From contig PS015451.1 of the NCBI GenBank assembly GCA_048213135.1, positions 8,443 to 60,346 of the forward strand: a stretch of DNA of 51,904 nt. The letters are read 5' to 3'. The position numbers and the translations under genes are program-made. Every line of letters starts with the position of its first letter. Positions within the stretch are counted from its first letter, which is position 1. A model generated the notes under the pieces. That model was not told the origin of the DNA. It worked only from the letters and a program-made list of their open reading frames with translations, and ran no database searches. This document shows positions 23,904 to 51,904 of this stretch, in pieces. This DNA is from Reclinomonas americana ATCC 50394 (taxonomy: Eukaryota).

Positions 23904-26633
23904 TCACTCTCTCTTCGATTGCTCATTGGCGGCTGCCGTCACGAGTAATCGCGTCAGTTCGCTGGCATTCACCGAGCCGGTGGTGTTGGTGGTTCCCTCG
24001 TCGTCCGCGAGCTTGAGTGGTGGCGATGCATCACCGGGCGAGAGCGCTTGCTGGCTTCGGCGACGCGGTGTCGATGGTCGTGGTCGTGCCGGGCACAGGC
24101 AATTGAACAGTGGGACGTAGACGACGGCAAACACGGCGCAGCCGGCCACAATGGAGCCCACGATGCTGCAGGAAGCACGGGGGATCGTCAGATAAAGAGG
24201 AGGGGGTGTGAAGGGGAGAGAGAGAGAGTGCCAACCTCATGCCCTTCGGGAAACCAACAGAGTCGACCAAGTAGGAGCCGCCGATGGAGCCCGACAGCGT
24301 GCCGATCTCCATGGCCAGTGTCACAAACGAGCTGGCCACGTGCGCGTGCTCCTCGCCAATGTCGGGACTCGCCAGAATCTCGGGATACGGTGGCACATAC
24401 GCCAGCTGGCAAGCGACAATGTCAGTGGGAAGACAAGGCGGGGGAAAAAAAGGTGCATTGAAAAACAGACCCCGCCAGTGAGACCGGTGATGGCCATGGC
24501 TGCAATTGTCAGTGCGGCCGACGGAGACGACACGAATGGCGCAAGGAACGACGATGGCCCGAGCATGAACATGCCGACACCCGAGGCGAAGATGCCACCA
24601 ATCATGCACAGTCGGCGCGGCCACAGCCGCTCGAAATCGCTCATCCACCCCGACAGCAGACAGGCGCACAGGTATCTGCGACCAATAGCTGTGAGCAGAG
24701 ACGGAACGGCACGGGAGAGTATCCATCTTATGCGACGCAACGTGAACGACGACATGCCGTACAGCATGCCGACATGGAAACTCGTAATGTCGAACTGATC
24801 CGTCAGCACGGGTTCTACCAAAAGCAATAAGTGAGCTGCGCATGCAACAGGTTTGCATTGAACGAGATCAAAAGCCACTCACCAAGGGTGCTCGACATGA
24901 CCGACCTGCATGAGGAAGCAGAAACACACAGTGAACATCGCTGTCTTCACAATAAGGGATTCTTCCCCCACGCACCACATGATGGAGACGGCAAAAATCA
25001 TGAGTGAGCTGGTAAACACCCACGGCGAACTCCACATCATCTTCCACAACGAGACCGGCGGTTCCTCCTCTTCCTCTTCCTCCTCCTCCTCCTCGTCCTC
25101 CTCTTCATCCTCTGACACCGACGTGTACGACGAGCCTTCGGTCGATGATCCTTCCTCGACCTCCACCGCACCCTTCTCCTTCTCCTCCTCTTCCTCCTCC
25201 TCCTCGTCCACCACCTCATCAACAGTGCCCTCGTCGTCGACATCGTCCGGCTGCGGTGACATGGCCCGCTCGGTGAGGTCGGCCTCGGTGTAGTCGGTGG
25301 GTGGACGGGCGCGACGGATGGTGAGCCACAACAGCAACTCCGACGACATTAGCACCACAGCCTCCACACCAAACGGCAGCGGGAAGCCACCTGTTCGTTA
25401 AATAAATGGTGAGTGCATAAAGACCAGCGCGTGCGGAGCGGAAAACGCCGCGCCACTGACCGGCGGCATGCAGCACTCCACCGAGCACCGGCCCAAATAC
25501 GACGCCGACACCAATGCTCGTCTCAATCACCGCACGCGCAAAGCCGATCTTGTCGGGATAGTACTGCGACACCACCACCAGCATCGTGGTCTGCGTGCAG
25601 GCCAAACCAAAGCCCACCACCTGCAAACCCGCAATGTGAGCGAGGAGATCCAAGCGCATGAATGCACACGAATACTCACCGCCTGCGCCAACATGCAGCC
25701 GATGAAGAAGCCGAGAGAGTGCCTCAAGAAGCCCACCATGGTGAACGCGCTGTAGGCCAGCACCTACCCACAGAGACATAGCAGTCAGCACACTGTTCTC
25801 GCAGCTGTCTCTGTCACTGCACGGCCAACTGACCTCTGCAGTGACTCCGGTGTACAGCAGCCGCTTCTCACGATCGGGCTTGCTCAGCAGCCAGCCAATG
25901 AACGGGGTGATCACCAGTGACACCAGCGAGGGCATGGCGTTGATGAAGCCGACCTGTGACACTCAGTGAGAGAGAGAGAGAGAAAGACACAAAGAGAGAT
26001 GATGCGTGACTCCGACCTGCAGCAGTGAACATCCGCGATCCAGTGCCGACGACGGCAAGAAGGGTGCAGGCAGGAAGAATGCTGCATAACAGTGTGAGAG
26101 AGTGTATGTGCGTGCATGCACAGAGAGAGAGAGAGAGAGAGACACGCAACAAAAGTTCTCCGCCAGCGCCAAGAAGCTGAGTGCCAGCAACACCGCCGTG
26201 CGACCACGCCTTGCACGCGCACACACACAGAGTCAGCACAACACACATACTCTCTCTCTCTCACTCACAGCCTCATGCGCGTGCGTACTTCTTGCTGGGC
26301 GCGCGCGATGACATGATGGAGGTGGTTCCGTACGACGACTTGCCATCGGGACTCGTCAGCAGCGACTTGCCATCACCCTGCTCCTCATCGCCCTCATACT
26401 CTTCACCATTGTCACCGTCATCGTCGTCATCATCATCAGTGCCACGCAGGGCGACTGCAAAGGTCACACTGCGCCCCGACGAAGGCTGCTGCTGCTGCTG
26501 CAGTGGAGCCTGAGAGAGGGAGAGAGGATCGCCCAGACTCGACGTGTCGCCTGTGCTGCTTGGAGGTCGCGCTCTTCTGTGACTGCCAGTGGAACGTGGT
26601 TTGTCGTCGTCTCTCCGGTCTCGACGGTCCATG
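23904..26633 (-). CDS. MFS transporter, SLC18B1/vesicular amine transporter-like
   Basis: About 12 hydrophobic helices after splicing; QVGFINA, GVGVVFGPVLGGVLH, GGFPLPF, GSIGGSYLVD; acidic central loop. Start codon uncertain. Confidence 0.85.
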
Positions 26634-26735
26634 ATAACCTTGTGCAACTGGGCTCTGTCGATCGATGAAAACTCCAGGCAAAAAACTTTCATTACACATC
26701 GATAAACACGCGAGGTCCCTCTCTTTCTTTCTTTC

Positions 26736-45351
<18,616 letters not shown>

Positions 45352-45616
45352 GATGTTATATTGATGACGGGTCGGGTGCGGTCACCACCAATACTCTCTT
45401 GATGAAATTAGACACTCACGCCGTCACGAGTGTGGAGAGGCGGGGCGAGAGAGAGTGAGAGAGACGCGCACACACGCACGCAGAGCACACAAAAGGCGTG
45501 TAGTATTCGTGCACGTGTGTGAAAAAGGAGAAAGTAGGAGGGGACAATGGACAGTTGCGTGCTCGCGAGCTACTAGCACTAGTGCACTCAACCCCGCACG
45601 CGCACACTCTTCTCTC

Positions 45617-46536
<920 letters not shown>

Positions 46537-46722
46537 GCTCGTCGTCGTCGTCGTCGTTTGGAAGCAAGGAGGAGAAGGCAATGTATCAGTGCCAGTGCGC
46601 ATACAAACGTGGGGTCGACGCTTCTATTGTCGACGGCTGCAAGGCCACAAAACCAAAAAAGGAAACATGGGAGGAGGGGGGAGACTGTAGCGAGGAGAAA
46701 GGAAAGAAGAGGAGGAGAATGA

Positions 46723-48181
46723 TCAGTGCTTAGTGACCGACATGGGTTGCTGCTGCGGGAAGCCCTTGGTCACTGGTTTCCGCACACCTCCGCCGCCGCC
46801 TTCGCCTCCACCACCTGCTGCTGCTACTACTGCGTCATCATCCTCCGCATCCGAGTCGGCATCGTCGCCACGCGCGGCCTTTTCCAACTCCGCGACCGTC
46901 ACCTCGCGCTGCCTTCCCCTTCCGTAGAGCCACCCGAACTGCAAGAGCAGCATGAAGACGGCGTAGCCGACGAGGCCGTACTCGCACAACACGTGCATCA
47001 CGGGATGCACTCGACTGTCGCTGTTGGCAAACGCCACCAGCACCCCGAAGCCCATAAAGTGCTGCTTCACCAGCAGCGCCACCCACGCATCGCGGTAATC
47101 CGGGCGCGGCATCTCCGTCACCGCAATGTACACCTTGAGCATCTGTGTGCGCGCGTGTGCGTGTGAGCAGAGAAGGAGAGAGTGTGTGTGCGTGTGAATG
47201 CGTCACACAACAATGAGCAGCAATGTGATGGCGGTAACAATGCCACCGAGGATTGATGCCACACTGCGCGCGCGCGTGTGTGTGAGCAACACCATAGACA
47301 CACACACAGAGAGCGCGCGCAAACACACACACCGTTGCAGTGTGGGCTCGGGTATGGCGAGCAGCTCCGACACCGCACTCGTCCAGTGATGCAACACAAA
47401 GCGCGCAAGCACCGACACTGTCAACACAGCACCATGCCAACGTAGAAACGTTTGCACAAGGAGCCACGCCTTCACACCCATTGAATGAAAAACAATGGAG
47501 GAAATTTGAGCGAGCCAGTCTATAGCTATTCATTGTGTAGCCTGCCATGGATCGTGTCGAAGCAGGCGCTCAAACTCGCTCAACGCACTAGTGAACGCCG
47601 ACGCATTGCGCCTCTTGTCATCATCATCATCGCTGGCATCATCATCATCGGACACGGTTGTTGTTGTCGTAAAGGCGGAGTCGACGGCCGCCCACTGCGC
47701 CAACAACTCATCCATGTGCGCCTTCCACGCCTCCCGCGCGCGCACCGCTCGCTCCTCAAAGGCGGCGGCGCTCATTGTCTGCTTCTTCTTCTTTAGCGCG
47801 GCAAAGGCGCGCGTGTTGAGCACACTGTCGGCGTGCACTGCGCCGAGGATCGCCGCCTGCGCAACGTGTTCCGGTTGCACATAGTGCACGAGCTGTGCGT
47901 GTGGGGAGTGAGAGAGAGTGTGTGTGTGCCAGTGTGTATGCCTGTCTTACCATCTTGATCTGCTCGATGAGCCCGTGCACGGCGCCGGCAAAGCGCTCCT
48001 CTTCTTCCTCCTTGTCCGCGCGCTCCCACTCCTTGCGCATTCGGTTGACGACGGGCGCGTATGCATAGTACACGCGCTCTTCTTGCGTGCTCAGTTGGCG
48101 CCACTCATCCTCAGCCCTCGCTGCCGCGACAGCGACAACAACGAGCAGGAGAAGCGCAACGATCAACGCGTTCGATCGCAT
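46723..48181 (-). CDS. Signal-peptide, multi-pass membrane protein of unknown function
   Basis: MRSNALIVALLLLVVVAVAAARA signal. Four phase-consistent introns including 47588-47520. Several C-terminal hydrophobic helices. Confidence 0.7.
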
Positions 48182-48649
48182 CACACGAGACAGTGGCGAC
48201 GGAGACAATCACTCGCGCGCGACATGCACAATGGGGTGGGGGGTGCAAGGAACTTGGGGTGCTGGGTGCAGTCCTTTTTTGTCCACCGGGTGCGGGGTAC
48301 AGTAGACTAAGAAAGGAAGGGGACGGGGTGCTTCCCAGCTCCGGCAGCTGGGGTGCTGCTGTACCGGTACCCCAAGTTTGCGGTCGAAGTCGACTCTTGG
48401 TGTGCAGTCAACATCTCATCTCATTGTGTTCAGTGTTCAACACGCCCTCGCCGGGTCATTGGCGATGGAGAGCGCTTGTCGCACACACTCGCAATCATTT
48501 TCCGCTTCTCACACGCGACTCTAACGATCTTAGCATGCTCAGCTAAAACATGCGCATTTGCGCGCATTTTTCTCTGTGCACATGTGCCCTTCGTGCTGGT
48601 TGCTCTCTGCGCTTCTCACATTCGCGTGTGTGTGTGTGTGTTTCTGCCT

Positions 48650-50775
48650 TGCCGATGTGGTGTCTTCCGTTCGTGAGGCGCAGCTGGTCCTGCAGCTGGA
48701 TCTGTCCAAGCGTTTGGCCGAGTGGTCTGGCATTGCCGACAACCCGCAGAAGTCATTGGTGCTGGCTCTGCGTGCTCGGAACAAGCCGACTAGTCCAATG
48801 CAGGCGCAGAACTTTGTGGCGGAGGAGTTCGATCCCGAGCTGCTGATGGCTGGCAGTGCACTGCGTTGCGATCCATGTCATCTGTCACTGAGTGCGATCG
48901 TTGGCTTGGCTATCCGTTCTACTCACCAACTTGTACAAGTGAGGCGAAGAAGCAAGTGGCGGAGATGCTGGAGAAGCAGCTCTTCACTCCGATCAAGGCC
49001 ATCAAGCAGTCGTCGTTGTTGCTGCTCCAGAAGGTGGATGCCGTTCGCCGCTTCGTCCTCACCAAGGCCACCTTTGTCATGTCGGCCGTGGAGCTCCAGC
49101 CGGACGTGCTCGCCAACATCGACCGCAAGATCCGCGACAGCATCCGACTCTGCCTTGGCCTCGGCAACGACTCCGGCACACCCTTCCTCTGCACTCCGCT
49201 GTCGAAAGGTGGTCTCGGCCTGTACTCTGTGGTGGAGCGAGCGGCCTCTAGATCTCTGTTGCTGATCAACTCGGCGGTGAAGCTGGACACACCGCCGACC
49301 GCTGACTCGCCGTGTGGCGGAGCACATGCCCCACTGCTCGGTGAAGGCGGCCAGTGGTCGCGTTGACGACTTCTCGCCGTTGCCGACTGCTGGTTTGGTG
49401 GACAAGTACCGGCAGTCGAACGAGGTCGCAGACGTCAATCGCCAACAGCTGCCAGTTGCCACGCCACAGTGGTATTTCTCTGTGTTGCTGTCTCCTGTTG
49501 CTCCTCCGGCTGGTGCTGCTGCGGTTGCTCCTGGTGCAGGTGCTCGATTTCAAGTGCACGTGGCCACTGATCCAAATGCTCCTCGCCGCGCTGTTTGCTC
49601 CAATCTGATGGGTGCTGCTCTCGGGCACGCTCTGAAGTTGGGTGTCAGTGTGGAGGTGCATCCGGCTGCTGCTGCTGCTGCTGGTCAACCTCCGCTGGTG
49701 GTCGGACGGCTGGCTGACGGTGGTGTTGTGTTTCCCTTTGCCTCTCGCTTTTTGCCTGCGATGTCACACTTCTACTCCAAGCGCCACATTGTAAGCTCGA
49801 GCTGGAAGGCCTTGCAGAAGTGTGGTGCCTTTGTCGACTTTCTGCAGAAGGCTGCTGCTGGAACCCATGACGTGGTGGCTCAGGGCAACGGCATCAGCGA
49901 GAAGGAGCAGCGCTTCCTGTGCAAAATGCGGACCAACTCCGTCATGCTCAACAACAAGGCGGCAGTCATCAGCGGCAACCCTGGTGGCCCTGCCTCGCTG
50001 TGCCCACTCTGTGGCAATTGCAAGGAGTCGGAGTCGCTTGGCCACCTGCTCAACGGCTGTGAAAAGCTGAAGGGCTTGTGGACGACGCGCCACGACAACG
50101 TGCTTGGCGTCCTTCAAGCGGCTTTGGTGCGGCGCCCCAAGGTGGACGGTGTGGCGTGCCAGCTGGTGCGCGAGCGTGTCGACGCCGACCTGCTGCCCGC
50201 GGCGGTGGACCTTGCCGACCACGCCAACTTGGCCAGGCTCAAGCCGGACCTCACCCTGGTTCACACCAGAGAGGGGACTGGTGAGATCTGCTCTGTCCAG
50301 GTGGTGGAGCTGACGCGCCTCTTCGCCAACGACGACTCGGTCAAGTCTGCTGTCAACGGCAAGAAGACCAAGTACAAGTCGTTGGTCAAGGCCATCAAGC
50401 AGAAGGTCGGCGTTTAGGCCAAGGTTGAGCTGGTGGTGCTCCCTGTGACCTCGATTGGCACGGCTCCGGCCTTGGTGGCGACTGGCCTCCGTCGTCTCGG
50501 CGTGCGCAACGTCCGACAGTGCATCTCTCGCCTTTGCACGACAAGCTTACGTACAAGTTACTCGATGTTTGTCCAACGATGCAAGGGTGAATCGAGAGGA
50601 GATAGAGAAAGAGAGAGGGTAAACGAGGAAGCGACGACTACGTATACTTGGGGTGACCATGACTGAGAGTTCGCGCTCAAGACTGGTGTTTGTGTTGGTG
50701 TTTTGGATTTGGTCATCAAGACAGCGCTGTTGCTTGTTTGTTGGTGAATGAAGTTGTTGTTGCTTCAATGAAAAA
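48650..50775 (+). mobile_element. 5'-truncated, decayed non-LTR retrotransposon with restriction-like endonuclease (R2 group; NeSL/Utopia-like)
   Basis: RT C-terminal motifs (WSGIADNPQKS, RWLGYPF, TPLSKGGLGL), CCHC knuckle CPLC...ESLGHLLNGC, RHD, KPD, VVEL, KKTKY. Intronless. Frameshifts near 48865 and 49295; in-frame TAG 50415-50417. Element ends approximate. Confidence 0.88.
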
Positions 50776-50845
50776 CTTTGGAGGAGAGCGGACAATCGGG
50801 ACATACCATGGCCAGTAAATACCGACAGAACCAAAGTGTGGAGCG

Positions 50846-51904
50846 ATGGCAGCTGCGGCGCCGCCTGCCGCAGCCGCTGCCGCTGCCGCTACAGATTTGC
50901 GTCGACCCAGCGAGTCGTTGTACGTACACAGCGCACAGTGGTTGGGAGGCGATTGTCGCGGGCTCTATGTGGTGGAGCATGTGGCGGCGACTGCAGTCAA
51001 TAACGCTTCGCGTCTCTGTGATGAGGACGAGAGCTGCTGCCGCGTGGTCGACAAGGATTGTGTGAAGAATGCGGTGCGTATGTGATGGAATCTGCCCAAC
51101 TCGTCGTTGCCACTCAAACTCATGTCGTGCGATATCCATCTCGTGTACACAGCGTAATGAGATCACAGCCATTGCAACCGCTACGTACGAGGGAGGAAAA
51201 GGAGGAGTGTACGACAAAGCGGGTGAACACGCGCGCGCGGCGGTTGACTACGCAATCAGCGATGTTCGTCGATGGTCACAGCACGTTGCTGCTGGTGAGT
51301 GTGACTGCCCATGGTCATATACCTGCGTGGTTGTGAGCCGTTGTTGTTGTTTGCAAGGGTGTCTCTATTTTGAGGTTGTGTGATTGATTGCGTCATCATT
51401 TGTGTGCGCACCAGCATGCCAGGCGGATCCCAATTGCAAGTGGCGTCAGCAGTGGCGAGTCGGGGATCTAGACACAGTCGGCAAGGGATTTGTGGACATT
51501 TGTCGCATTACTGGAATGTGGTGAATGAAGTGTTTTGTGTACTAGGCGCTACTTTGTTCCTCCTGCGCTGGTCTTCGCCATCCAGCCACACAAGCGGCCA
51601 TCTGGTGCACGCCGCGTGGTTTATCGCGGCATGATGGTGGCCATCGTCCAACTCTTCCTTCTCTCCACCTCATTTGCGTCCACGTGAGTCATGAGGGCCC
51701 GGGGCGCAACGGGGTCACTTGAGTATTTTCTCTGCAAATTTATTTGTGCGTCCTTCAGGTATGCGTCTTCAACGCGCAAAGAGCACGTGCAGCGGAAGCC
51801 GCAGTTGATGTGGGTCCTCGACAACTTGGAACAGTCCCTGGACTGGATAGTCGGGCAATGCGACGAGTACGCCTCGCAAGAAGAGAACCCAACAGTCGCG
51901 GGGC
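50846..51904 (+). CDS. Unknown spliced protein, partial (runs off the right edge)
   Basis: Five exons join in phase through GT-AG introns (donors near 51074, 51296, 51518, 51684). Last visible exon YASSTRKEHVQRKPQLMWVLDNLEQSLDW. Confidence 0.6.

Noticed and set aside
47530-47532. In-frame TGA between two coding-like segments (selenocysteine or readthrough)
   Set aside because: It lies inside a 69-nt GTGCGT...TAG intron (47588-47520) that preserves the frame.
50415-50417. In-frame TAG suggesting an alternative genetic code
   Set aside because: Host genes end in TAA, TAG and TGA, and the element also has frameshifts, so this is decay.
50646-50656. ACTTGGGGTG also found at 48252, possible TSD
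   Set aside because: Only 10 nt, lies within the element's ORF end, and the other copy is ~400 nt from the apparent 5' junction.
51621-51824. Minus-strand ORF at the right edge
   Set aside because: Antisense shadow of the phase-consistent plus-strand exons.

Overview
Eukaryotic, GC-rich, compact and intron-dense genomic DNA from a probably flagellated protist (it encodes an EFHB/FAP21-like protein). The assembly is a draft scaffold with two N-gaps and TACG-type read noise. I hand-spliced about 13 protein genes: a partial gene at the left edge, a coiled-coil protein, an EF-hand protein, a 7TM-RGS protein, EFHB-like, RPS4 (hosting a U52/snR78-type C/D snoRNA), class II eIF4E, an SDR, a large type II membrane protein with a prokaryote-like Cys-bearing 7-bladed propeller, an SLC18B1-like MFS transporter, an 18.6-kb polycystin-1-like NHL/REJ/GPS gene, adenylate kinase, a multi-TM orphan and a right-edge orphan. 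There is also a decayed 5'-truncated REL-type non-LTR retrotransposon. The most unusual signal is in the splicing. About 30 introns use a '+1-shifted' donor (GTT-GCGT, GTT-GAGT, GTT-ACGT). Three long introns have grown by tandem duplication of 100-130+ nt units that carry that donor. Reading frames predict 2-nt and 7-nt microexons, and GC-AG introns recur. All gene models are manual inferences with no transcript data.
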